NCBI RefSeq assembly: GCF_000738915.1
Contig: NW_026515636.1
Span: forward strand, 62,001-126,000
Origin: Nematocida ausubeli
Lineage: Eukaryota
DNA: 64,000 nucleotides
Direction: 5' to 3'
In this document: piece after piece, positions 1 to 10,136 of the stretch
Layout of the letters: each line of letters begins with the position of its first letter
Position numbering within the stretch: the stretch's first letter is position 1
Made by a program: the position numbers and the translations under genes
Notes under the pieces: generated by a model
What the model was told of the DNA's origin: nothing
Seen by the model: only the letters and a program-made list of their open reading frames with translations
Databases searched by the model: none

Positions 1-121
1 AGAATGTAATAGGATTTATTAGCGGTGCAACCTGTCGGCTATATTTCTATTTAGGCTGCGCAGTTTCTTTGCAGTAGAGTATAGCTAGCTTGCATTTTGG
101 GTGCTTTTATATTATGCATCA

Positions 122-1561
122 CTATTTAATCAGGGAATGCACTGTCGGATTGCCTGGTTTCGGGTTTCTTGGGTACATATCAACTGAGTTATTGGCAGGT
201 GGAAAAGACGGCGCAGCTGAATTCCAGTTAGGAGGCGGAATGTATGACTGGGTAGGAGAAGGAACATACATGCCCTTAGCTGGTGCATATCCTGGGCCTC
301 CAGAGTATGGAGGCTGTTCTCCCAATGGCCTATTTAAAGTGTTCTCTGGCACACTGTTATATGATGGCAGCGCAGAATACGGCGGTGGCTGCGTTCCTGG
401 ATAGGCAGGTGCTCCTCCGAATGAAGAATTCTGCGATGGAAGAGATGAGTATGGAGGGACTTCTCCTACTGGTCTATTCAAAGGACTTGCTAGACTGTTG
501 TTATATGATGGTGGCTGCTGGCTTGGATAGGTAGACACATCACCTAGTGGGTTTGTCTGGGAAGGGTGTGCAGAGTATGGAGGTGGCTGCTGGCCTGGGT
601 AGCTATTTGGAGCTTTCCAGGGAGAAAGCTGTCCTGCAGCTGGGTCGTACAGAGGTGGCTGTTTACCATACATATGATTTGCAGGTGCTTCTAGAGTATT
701 TGGATAACTCACATAAACTCCATTATGAGCCACAGGATTGCCTGCAGTATCTAATAACACAGGAGGAAATTGCGTGGTTGGGTGGCCAAATAGCTTTTCC
801 TGTATGTGTATTAAGGACTGGCTCATGGCACGAAGCATTTCAGTAATTGTTACCATATTTCGGGACATTTGGTCATTCATGGCGATGTTCTGCTTGTTTA
901 TGGTGTCAAGACCCTCCATTCCAGACGCTCCGTCAATTTCAGGAGTGTCATCTTTTATGGGGTGAATTTTCTTTATTACATATCTCTGCTCTGGCTTTAA
1001 GAGATCACATTTGGTTAGCTTTAGGTTTAGCCCAATGTATGTTTCTGATGGCTGGTGTGGGTTGGTTGTTGCCTGCATAGGGACTATTGTTAAACACATA
1101 TTTGTGCCTGCCATTGACATAAACATATACTGGTTGTCTTTTCTTATAAAAATCAAGTGCCACAGCTGTGCATTTGAGTTATTTGGAAGCTTTGCCCCCA
1201 TTGATACATACTGGCCTTTTATGCCGGTCATGTACTCTTGCTCATTGTTCTGGAATGTAAATATCTGCGCTTGCTTTCCATCACTTCCACTTTTATCATA
1301 TAGTTTGGACATGTCCTCCATTGTAAAGACCATGGTCTCAACGTCAATTGGGTTATTTATCTCATTCGGGTTATTTCCATATGACTCTCTGTGCTCACTG
1401 TCTTTTTGATATTTCACTAGCTTGAACTCGTCTGCTGATATGTACCTATCTCTCTGGTACATTGCAGGCTCGATCATAACGTTCTCCAGCACTGCAAGCG
1501 ACTTAGCAACCATTAGCAGCGCAACAAAAAGAGCTCTGCTCGCGTGTCTTCTATACTTCAT
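122..1561 (-). CDS. Secreted ricin-B-lectin-like protein with a Pro/Tyr/Ser-rich repeat C-terminus
   Basis: 479-aa ORF with a hydrophobic signal (ALFVALLMVAKSLA). Beta-trefoil-like QxW/QxF and CL motifs (QIFTF, NAQLWHL, NMCLTI, KCDLLKPEQRY). C-terminal repeats of the form YPG/SQQPPxY. Confidence 0.7.
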   Translation of the reverse strand: MKYRRHASRALFVALLMVAKSLAVLENVMIEPAMYQRDRYISADEFKLVKYQKDSEHRESYGNNPNEINNPIDVETMVFTMEDMSKLYDKSGSDGKQAQIFTFQNNEQEYMTGIKGQYVSMGAKLPNNSNAQLWHLIFIRKDNQYMFMSMAGTNMCLTIVPMQATTNPHQPSETYIGLNLKLTKCDLLKPEQRYVIKKIHPIKDDTPEIDGASGMEGLDTINKQNIAMNDQMSRNMVTITEMLRAMSQSLIHIQEKLFGHPTTQFPPVLLDTAGNPVAHNGVYVSYPNTLEAPANHMYGKQPPLYDPAAGQLSPWKAPNSYPGQQPPPYSAHPSQTNPLGDVSTYPSQQPPSYNNSLASPLNRPVGEVPPYSSLPSQNSSFGGAPAYPGTQPPPYSALPSYNSVPENTLNRPLGEQPPYSGGPGYAPAKGMYVPSPTQSYIPPPNWNSAAPSFPPANNSVDMYPRNPKPGNPTVHSLIK

Positions 1562-2413
1562 GTTCTGAATGCGCTTTCTTCAATATTTGTGTATGGATTT
1601 GCAAACATTTGTTTCAGATTTCTATCCAATTATGGTAGGTATCTTCAAACACCCACACTCTGGCCTGTTAAACAGAAAACTCAACAATCTAGCAGAAGAA
1701 GTGTACTGTCACCACTATCAAAACTGATTTAAAATAGCAGGTGCATAGGCACAGAGCTACATCATATTCTGTGGTTTTGCATAAATATAACTAAAATATC
1801 TTAGCTATGCAGTATGCATTGACAATCCATGCATATAACAGAGTAAGCAAATTAGTGCCTTCCAATGAAAATAAATATTATTTAAAATTCAATGCGCACT
1901 ATTACTTCACATAATTTTCCTTCTAAAGGAATTTTAGTTGCAAATTTAGAGTCTTTGCCATATTATTACTGCAAGATTCAAGTATGTGAATCTATCTCCT
2001 TAAATGCAAATGCTTCCTTGGAGTGCTGTGCATGCGCATCTTTTGTCGTTCACTTTAGTTCTTCCGTTTACAAATAACCTGAAGTGTGCGTGCTGAAATA
2101 AACAAGTTTTCTTTTCTGCTTTTCTTTAATTATCTTTTTGGCAGCACTACCTATGGCGAAAGACAAAACAACTGCAATAAATCATATGCAAAAAGAGTTT
2201 TTACAAAATGAAGTACTTCATGGAAATCCGGCATAAACTGCTATGCCAAAGGAAAATCGCACTAAAGAATGCAAAAACGCAAATACATTTATAATAGACA
2301 ATACATTTATTGAAGAACTGTAATTCAGTATTATGGAGTTCAATTTGGAGTAAATTTGGTTTGTAAAGGAAGATATACTATGCTATGGAATGTGTTTGTG
2401 GTCATATTCTAGA

Positions 2414-4555
2414 TTAGTAGTACTGGGGTCTGTGGTGTTTGTAGGTAGGCACTGCATGGGCTCTTCTCGTATGGTGTCTTTCATCATACATGTCCTCAAA
2501 GTCATCATCTCTATAGTGCTTTCTGCCTTCAGAGTTGTCTGATATATGTCTATGAGCACTTGCAGGCCTGCCATCTAAGTCATCCAGGGGATAGCACTCT
2601 AGGGTTTTCCCATTTCGATCACGCTTTAAACTAGGCCTTCTTCTTCCGTCTGCACTTCTTTTTTCTCGAATTATATTTTCTTCGTAGTCGTCGTCTTGGT
2701 AGTGGCCAGACATATAGGGTCCTCTGGGCCTTGGAGAGGTGTGGTGTGTGTGTCTATAGTGCGGTGGGTCCCTTTCATCTGCAGGATAGATGGGATGTCC
2801 TGCATGATGTGCACCTCTGGGAAGCCTTTCATGCGGTCTGTGATAGTCTGGTTGGCCATCCCGATACTGGATATCTTTATAATGGTGTGCACTGTCCCTG
2901 TCTTGCATGCGTGAATGATTTCTGTCTGAATGGGGATAATCTATGCTGTTTGTTTGCGGCATGTGCTGCTTTATAAGATTCCGTAGCTGCTCAGGGTCCA
3001 TGTTTGAGATGTTGTTAGATGGAGAACAGACGCCAAGATCGCTAAAAGATTCATTGCAAAATGTTTTGAGTGTTTTTACTATGTTTTTCAGCATTCCAAT
3101 ATTATTTCCCAGATCGTGCAGATCTATTACTGCACTTCTTCTATTAAACATGCCGGCCATACCGTTACCATTCGGATTATATCCGCCATTATGCCCGCCA
3201 GGGCCATAACCACCGCCATTGCCAGGGCCATAACCATTGTTATTTCCATTGCCATAGCCATTATTATGTCCTCCATTGCCGCCAGGACCATATCCACCAT
3301 TATGTCCGCCAGGGCCATATCCTCCGTTACCATTTGGATTGTAGCCGCCATATCCACCATTACCATTTGGGTTATATCCTCCACTACCGCCTGGTCCATA
3401 TCCACCATTACCGTTTGGGTTGTAGCCGCCATTGTTTCCACCTGGTCCATACCCGCCATTGCCATTTGGATTATATCCTCCACTACCGCCTGGTCCATAT
3501 CCACCATTACCATTTGGGTTATATCCTCCATTACCGCCTGGTCCATACCCGCCATTATGTCCGTTTGGATTATAACCGCCATTATGTCCACCTGGTCTAT
3601 ATCCTCCGTTACTGCCTGGGCCATATCCGCCATTACCGTTTGGGTTGTATCCTCCATTGTTTCCTCCGGGAGCACATCCATTGTTTGATGGCCAATACTG
3701 GTTGTTTGGGCCAGATAGACCATGAGGCGGACCAAATGGCCCATTCCATGGATGTCTGTTGTATCCGTAGTACGGCTGCATGCTGCTTGGATCATTCGGG
3801 TTTCCATTCTGGCCGTATCCGTCATGGTGGTATGGAGAATTCCACCCACCATTTCCACCTCCGCTTCCATCGTTATTCGGCGACTCGTGAGTCCCCCCTC
3901 CTGCTAGACCGTTCATCATCCAGTCTGGTAGAGATCCGCCTGCTCCTCCGCTGCCCTGCATTTCATACGCAAGCAGCTGGCTGCCGCTTAGATATAAATG
4001 CTTGTACGGGTCGTCAGCAACCTCCAGCATGTCAAACCGGTGCTCTGGTGTGGACTTGCTGCATGACACAATGCTAAGAATCCCATTGTCTGTTTCTCTC
4101 ACAAGACATGACTCCGTATCAACGTCCTGAATTTTGTATCCATTCACAAACGGGGTTATTTTCCACTCCATTGTGTATGAGCTTGAACTGCTGTCGGCCT
4201 TGCAGGCGGTAACCTTATAGTCGCTCTTTACCACACACAAAAGCTTCTGGGTTTTGTCGCTGAGGGATGCACGCCTGTCTCCTGGCTTAATAAGAATCTT
4301 GTATCTATCGGTTCCGCTTGTCTTGGATAGCACCATGATTGCATTTATGTGTTTTTTGTTCTTTTTTATTGCCTGCAGATTCAAGAAGCGAATTCCCTGC
4401 ACATGGTGGTCGTACACTAGCCTATACGTTGGCTGCGATGTGTTGTAGATAGTTACTTCTTTCTTGTCAAGAGTTCCAACATAGTTTGCATCTGGATACG
4501 TCTCTCCAACTCCTGAGGATATTCCTAGAAACCTTAAAAAGCTTGACCATTTCAT
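2414..4555 (-). CDS. Secreted ricin-B-lectin-like protein with Gly/Asn/Tyr repeats and a His/Arg/Asp-rich tail
   Basis: 713-aa ORF with a short N-terminal signal-like segment. Lectin-like motifs (LLCVV..VTAC..MEWKI..YKIQD..SCLV..IVSC..EHRF), followed by GGYNPNGNGGYGPGG repeats. Confidence 0.7.
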   Translation of the reverse strand: MKWSSFLRFLGISSGVGETYPDANYVGTLDKKEVTIYNTSQPTYRLVYDHHVQGIRFLNLQAIKKNKKHINAIMVLSKTSGTDRYKILIKPGDRRASLSDKTQKLLCVVKSDYKVTACKADSSSSSYTMEWKITPFVNGYKIQDVDTESCLVRETDNGILSIVSCSKSTPEHRFDMLEVADDPYKHLYLSGSQLLAYEMQGSGGAGGSLPDWMMNGLAGGGTHESPNNDGSGGGNGGWNSPYHHDGYGQNGNPNDPSSMQPYYGYNRHPWNGPFGPPHGLSGPNNQYWPSNNGCAPGGNNGGYNPNGNGGYGPGSNGGYRPGGHNGGYNPNGHNGGYGPGGNGGYNPNGNGGYGPGGSGGYNPNGNGGYGPGGNNGGYNPNGNGGYGPGGSGGYNPNGNGGYGGYNPNGNGGYGPGGHNGGYGPGGNGGHNNGYGNGNNNGYGPGNGGGYGPGGHNGGYNPNGNGMAGMFNRRSAVIDLHDLGNNIGMLKNIVKTLKTFCNESFSDLGVCSPSNNISNMDPEQLRNLIKQHMPQTNSIDYPHSDRNHSRMQDRDSAHHYKDIQYRDGQPDYHRPHERLPRGAHHAGHPIYPADERDPPHYRHTHHTSPRPRGPYMSGHYQDDDYEENIIREKRSADGRRRPSLKRDRNGKTLECYPLDDLDGRPASAHRHISDNSEGRKHYRDDDFEDMYDERHHTRRAHAVPTYKHHRPQYY
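3165..3665 (-). repeat. Coding tandem repeat (about 45-48 bp units encoding GGYNPNGNGGYGPGG[H/S/N])
   Basis: Near-identical DNA units, e.g. tatatcctccactaccgcctggtccatatccaccattacc seen at about 3373 and about 3472. Confidence 0.9.
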
Positions 4556-5404
4556 GCAAAAAACCGAGCCTGCCTATATATATCTTCTAACGCAGTTTTA
4601 TTGGTGGCAGCTCTGCCTTTATTGCTGATAGCAGCGCATTGGTGCAGTTTGTGTTTCAGAGAGAAATGTTTCGGGCAGAAAGGGCTATCTAAATGAGGCC
4701 TAGTCTAAACATAATACACTGTAACTGTTGCAAAAATATGAAGGCTGTTTAAGTTTTTGCTCATTAGCCTGGCATGCATATCCTTTTCCTAAAAAGCAAA
4801 TTCTTTTTTAAACCCATCAGCAGTGCTTAATTAATAAAAATGCTCAATAGCTGCCAAAGAAAAAGGCAGTGAATACGCAGGGAATAGTTTCTTAACAATT
4901 CACATCTTGCAGAGTTGCATTCTATTTTTACAACGACTAAACAGCAGCTGCAATAAATCCGCAACAATCTGCAAAGTGAGAGGCAGATGAATTCAGGCTG
5001 TATTGTTCATATTGTGAGTACTGTATGAAAAGTGCTATATGGGACTCGGATGCACAGCAAGCCCTACTATTATTATACACGTGCAGTAAAATTAACAAAG
5101 ACTTAAGCTGCATTGCAACTTTTCCTGCCTCTCTGTTCTTTGCAGCTGAGTAAATAAAGTTACATCTCTTTTCGCATTTATATGCTATGCTAAATGTGTT
5201 TTATTTGAAAGTAAAGAGCACATGCCAGACACAGTATAATAAAACACTTGATTTATTTTCTATTACAGAAAGATACTCCCACTAATGATTAGATAGGTTT
5301 CTAGCGCATCTATATAACTTGTGCTGCATTTCTCTATATGGGCTCTACTCTATACTGCCAAATACTCTAACTAGCAGTGCACTGAAGAGATGCAAACATT
5401 CATT

Positions 5405-6427
5405 CTATTCTCTATCTGAGGCAGGCAAAAGCGTAGGGGTCAGCTGGTCGCCCCACTGTTTTATTTCCTTCATTTCTTCTGGACTTTTGCAGTGTTTTAG
5501 ATATCCATTCCACACAAGATTCTTCAGCCCTGCTTTTTCCGATATGATTTTTTTGACTCGAGTCGCAAACTCAGACGCATTCTCGTTTTCTTGCAGCTCC
5601 ACGGCGTCTTGCCACCAGACAGACACTTCTGTGTGCCATCTTGTTATAATGTATATGAAGTGCTTTGTGAATGACTGCTTTCTTGTGTTCCAGTATGGGT
5701 CTCCAAGGCTTTTGTTATACTTTATTGCAGCAGGATATACAGGCACCCCTAGCTCAAATGCCCCCTTTTGGAACATAACTGTGTACTCATTGTTGACACA
5801 GGTTCCTTCAGGGAACACAATAATAGATGCCTTCTGGGTTAGCTTTCGTATCTCCTCCTTTACCTCGTGCCTGTTTGCTTTTATCTTTCTTTCAAACTGC
5901 ACAGAGCCACTCACTAATTTTAAAAGCATTGACATAAACCCTCCCTGCCTCTGGGCAATAACAGAGTGCGCAAACTTATGGCTGCTCAAAATTAGATAGT
6001 CCATATATGTGGTGTGGTTTGCTACGTATATGTGCGGCAAGTGCGGCCTTTTTTTTGTTCCATAGTGCTTTATCCGCACGCCCATTGCCCAGAGCAGGCT
6101 TTTGCATGCATGCGTAAGAAGAAAATCACTTCCCATCCCCCGAAGCACCACACGCGATACTATGATGGCAGCTGAATAGAACAAAAGTATGGCCAGCGTG
6201 AGAGGCAGCCGAATTGGAAGAATCAGGCTGTACCGGCAAAACATGCTCCATCCGTATGCAAATGTGAATTCTGTTTTTGTCTCCTTCTGCTGAAAACAAG
6301 AAGAGAACTCGTCCTGTATCAGCGCCTTTCCTGCTAGCGCTGTGCAGTAAAGAATGTCCCGAAGAATTGGCATAGACTTTCTTCCTTTTCCTGTAGAAGA
6401 AGGATGGAAGCTGTCTGGTTTTTGCAT
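5405..6427 (-). CDS. Glycerol-3-phosphate/lysophospholipid acyltransferase (GPAT3/4-LPCAT-like, PlsC domain)
   Basis: NHTTYMD (HX4D) motif, FPEGTCVNN, FQKGAF and a transmembrane segment near the N-terminus. Confidence 0.9.
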   Translation of the reverse strand: MQKPDSFHPSSTGKGRKSMPILRDILYCTALAGKALIQDEFSSCFQQKETKTEFTFAYGWSMFCRYSLILPIRLPLTLAILLFYSAAIIVSRVVLRGMGSDFLLTHACKSLLWAMGVRIKHYGTKKRPHLPHIYVANHTTYMDYLILSSHKFAHSVIAQRQGGFMSMLLKLVSGSVQFERKIKANRHEVKEEIRKLTQKASIIVFPEGTCVNNEYTVMFQKGAFELGVPVYPAAIKYNKSLGDPYWNTRKQSFTKHFIYIITRWHTEVSVWWQDAVELQENENASEFATRVKKIISEKAGLKNLVWNGYLKHCKSPEEMKEIKQWGDQLTPTLLPASDRE

Positions 6428-6533
6428 AAATAAATTTTAATATCTTCTATTTATGGATTCTTCTCTTTTAGAATATACTTCTGTGTATTTGGAATGCTTA
6501 TATGCAATGGATTATTTTTAGTCTTTTCTTTTT

Positions 6534-6740
6534 ATGTATTTGAATAGAGACATAGTAAAGTTTCTAATTGAATGCCTTATCCACACATTTGGGTTTTTCA
6601 TCACGCTCTGGATAGGATATGCTGTGCGCGAGCTGATACTTGACTACACAGCCCCGAAGTGCAAGCAATCGGAGGTTTCCACATTTCTGCCCCCTACATG
6701 CTACATACGCCCTCTAAAAAAACAGCGCTATGACATTTAG
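6534..6740 (+). CDS. Small hypothetical single-pass membrane protein (68 aa)
   Basis: ATG follows a T-rich tract, lies divergent from the acyltransferase, and the protein has one hydrophobic helix. No family recognised. Confidence 0.45.
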   Translation: MYLNRDIVKFLIECLIHTFGFFITLWIGYAVRELILDYTAPKCKQSEVSTFLPPTCYIRPLKKQRYDI

Positions 6741-6947
6741 GCCCTTTTTATTTACTCTATACCCAGTGTGCTACTATACACCAAACAAAAGTGTGAACGA
6801 ATGGCCTGGATATACTCTATATTATAGCATGGCCCTGCATGCAAACGTGCATCCATTTTCATGCCTGTGATTTTCCAGAACATCTGAAGCTCTATGCTGC
6901 ACTTATTCCAGCCATATGGATGGGCGCAACTGCACAGTGTTTGTGCA

Positions 6948-7874
6948 CTAGCGTATTGTTCGCCTCTTTTTTATATCTATGGCAGCATTCTTTCCCCATC
7001 CATTTATCTGGTATATTGTGTAAATAAATAAAAAGAATATGTATATGCCCATCAGCGCAATCTGTATCCCAAGCCTAATCAACTGGAAGGTCACAAAAGA
7101 CACATTATTAACTAGATTCGGATATTCTGGGCTATTTAGAAATATTTTGTAATTTGTTATTTCTGTAATATAATAGGTGGTTATGACAAGTAGTATAATT
7201 ATAAGAAGCAATCTAAGCCATATGTTAAATTTTTTTGTTCCAACCTCTATAACGATTATAAAAATAACGAGCATGTACAAAGCAATCTCACCCAGCAGAA
7301 AATAAACACTTTTCTCCAGATAGTACTTTCGAACCAAGACCGATATGAACAGCTGGATGTTCAGCTTAAAGAAGGTGTACGTTGTTCTCTCAATGGCATT
7401 TCTCATGTTGTATCCAGGCCCAAACGACTTGTAGTAAAACCACCCAAGGTCAGCCCGCAGCACAGATGTAAAGCAGACTATATAAATAAGAAGAATTCCG
7501 CTTGTTATGATATATATGTTGTTTGCCATGTAGAGTATGGTGAAGACTTCAAATCTTAGCCAAAGCGATCCAATCAGATTGAAAACATTTGTGATGCACA
7601 CTATAATGGTGGCTATAGATATTTGGAAAATGTCTCTCTCTAGCAAACCCTGCATGATTATAAGAGTATACAACATGGAAAGATTCAGCTGCGAGATGAT
7701 GTCAATTCCTACATAATCACCCAAAAGATCAATGGTTTTATCAAGATCATGAAAAAAAATGATTGAACTTACAACTATATATACGAGGGTGCATGCTGCT
7801 ACATAGAAAACGGTTGCAATTAGCTTATTTGAGACTGTTTTTTTCAAATAGTAATCTGTCGCATTATCATACAT
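6948..7874 (-). CDS. Multi-pass membrane protein, paralog 1 (resembles the fungal UPF0658 Golgi membrane family)
   Basis: 308 aa with about 7-8 hydrophobic segments. LGWFYYKSFG...TFFKLNIQLF recalls the FGWxIYKxIGA...LLKFD motif of UPF0658-type proteins (from memory). Confidence 0.7.
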   Translation of the reverse strand: MYDNATDYYLKKTVSNKLIATVFYVAACTLVYIVVSSIIFFHDLDKTIDLLGDYVGIDIISQLNLSMLYTLIIMQGLLERDIFQISIATIIVCITNVFNLIGSLWLRFEVFTILYMANNIYIITSGILLIYIVCFTSVLRADLGWFYYKSFGPGYNMRNAIERTTYTFFKLNIQLFISVLVRKYYLEKSVYFLLGEIALYMLVIFIIVIEVGTKKFNIWLRLLLIIILLVITTYYITEITNYKIFLNSPEYPNLVNNVSFVTFQLIRLGIQIALMGIYIFFLFIYTIYQINGWGKNAAIDIKKRRTIR

Positions 7875-8519
7875 CCAAAAAATATATGTAAATAGTCAAT
7901 TAATTATTAAAGATTTTTCGAATTTTAAATATAGGCCTGCACATTTATTGCGTGCTTGCGTTTGCTAATCTAGATGTCTGTAAGAAGACTCTACGAAAAT
8001 GGCTTTTAAGTGGCTTTTCTATGGTGAATTCTAATGTCTAATTTCTATAAGGCCTCTTTTATTTATATATTTCTGGCTCTGCTCTTTGTGTGTTTTACAT
8101 TATGTAATCTAGTGGCTTTGGATACATCTAGAATACATCCTCAAAGTAAATGCAGACAGGTATTTTCTGTCGATTTGGCATGCCCTGCGTTTAAACATTT
8201 TCCGCCTCTCTAGACTGCTGCACAAACACGTATATATCTTATATGCTTTTTGAAGATAGACAGATTTTTAACTGGATCTAATGAATCAGGAACTGGCCAT
8301 TTCCTAACTATATAGAATCTTAAGGAAGATTCCAAAATATTTCTACTAATAATTGCTTTTTTATCATGTATGTGCAGTCTCTTTAGCATTTATGTCAGTC
8401 TGATAAACTCTTTCATGCAGAAATTCAGTAAAATTATCTCTTTTTCTATGAACACTGATCCAGGCCATGCCCACTACACATGAGGAATTACAGAAGTACC
8501 AAATGCAATACTTTGAATG

Positions 8520-9449
8520 CTAAATAAAAAATCGCTTTCTTTCCTTCGAATCCACATCAACCCGAAGCCCCCACCCATTTACCTGACACAGAGTGTGTAC
8601 AATCAAAAGAATCGCATATATTCCTAACAGCGCCATTTGAAGGCACAGTTTTAAAATCTGGTGCACTGCAAGTGTCCGTGTGCTGTGTTTAATTATACTT
8701 GAAAACCCATCCTCAGATACGTCTATGTCAACAAACTGCATGATGTGAAATATACAAAGCACAAGTGCTGATATTAAGGTCAATGATCGGAGGTATATAT
8801 TGAATTTCTTGACAGAGTGTTCAAGGGCATTTGAAAAAAGCAAAATCGCATACATAAACATTTCGAATATAATGAAGATTCTATTGTCTGAGAAGTAGTA
8901 ATTCTGGACTATCATGGATAGGAATACTTGAATTGTTAGCTTGAAGAAGGTGTCTGTTGTTCTCTCAATTGCTATTCTTGCGTTGTACCCAGGCCCAAAC
9001 GACTTGTAGTAAAACCACTCAATGTCTGACCGCAGCTCATATGTAAAGCACAGTATGAAAATAAGAACTATCCCTCCCAAAACTATGGATACGCTGTTTA
9101 TCACATAGAGTACAGTAACAGCTTCAAATGTCAGGGTGAACATTCCAGATATGTAAATAAGACTTGTTATAGTTAGCACAAGAGTTGCAAAAAATATCTC
9201 AAATATATCTCTTTTAAGAAGCCCCTGTATGATGATAAGAGAGTATAGTATGGTTATGTTTTGATGCGAAATAATCTCTGAGCCTATTTCAAGATATATA
9301 AGGCTAATATTATCATCAAAATCAATGAAAAAAATAATACAATTAAACGCAATATGCAGCACAATAACAGTTGCTATTATCAATATTATGGTAATAAGCT
9401 TGTTTGAGATTGTTTTTTTTAAATAGTAATCCGTCGCATCGGCCTTCAT
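8520..9449 (-). CDS. Multi-pass membrane protein, paralog 2 (tandem duplicate)
   Basis: Colinear with 6948..7874: shares ATDYYLKKT, QGLL.RDIF, WFYYKSFGPGYN.R.AIERTT.TFFKL and Q.NGWG. Confidence 0.75.
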   Translation of the reverse strand: MKADATDYYLKKTISNKLITIILIIATVIVLHIAFNCIIFFIDFDDNISLIYLEIGSEIISHQNITILYSLIIIQGLLKRDIFEIFFATLVLTITSLIYISGMFTLTFEAVTVLYVINSVSIVLGGIVLIFILCFTYELRSDIEWFYYKSFGPGYNARIAIERTTDTFFKLTIQVFLSMIVQNYYFSDNRIFIIFEMFMYAILLFSNALEHSVKKFNIYLRSLTLISALVLCIFHIMQFVDIDVSEDGFSSIIKHSTRTLAVHQILKLCLQMALLGIYAILLIVHTLCQVNGWGLRVDVDSKERKRFFI

Positions 9450-10136
9450 TTAAATAATATGTGTGTAAATATTAAATTAATTATTAAAGATTTGCCAAAT
9501 GTAAATACAACACGAATTTCACCTTATAATTGTTTATAGATTATAAAGACAGAATTTACAAGAATGGACATAGATAGTACACAAACTTTTAGGAGTGTAA
9601 TGTACAAAGCCCGCTAGGTATCTTCTATGCAGACATATTTTGTGAAATACTTCTTTGCTTCTATAAATACGTATTGCTTTGCACACATACTATGAAAATC
9701 CTGCATTTTTGTGCTTGCCTTTCTGCCTTTAACTTCTAGCTATATTTAGTGGGTTAGAGCCTAAAAGAAAAATGCAAATACATACGCAGCAACCACTCTC
9801 TCTGCACTCTTCAATACTATATATGATGTGTATTTAATAGGCGGCTGCATTCTGTCTAGAAATTCGGGTTCGGCACTGCAGATATAACCCGAATCAAACT
9901 GCAACTTCCTTTCTTTGAATATAATACTATAGAATATTGGATTTTAAACTATTTATTTTCATGGCTCAAGCAAGTGCAGAGATGCTGGCTTATGTGCTGA
10001 CACAGAAATATAGTTATTAGATATGCCTATGTGTGCCCTATGCACTAGCCATTTGTTTCCTGCTGTCTGTTTTTAGCAGTTAATCATCAATTTACCAGAT
10101 TCTATTTAAATATTTTTCTTTTAGTTTTATCCACTC

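Noticed and set aside
3116..4077. Long overlapping ORFs (190 and 247 aa) in other frames
   Set aside because: Stop-free shadow frames created by the Gly/Asn repeat.
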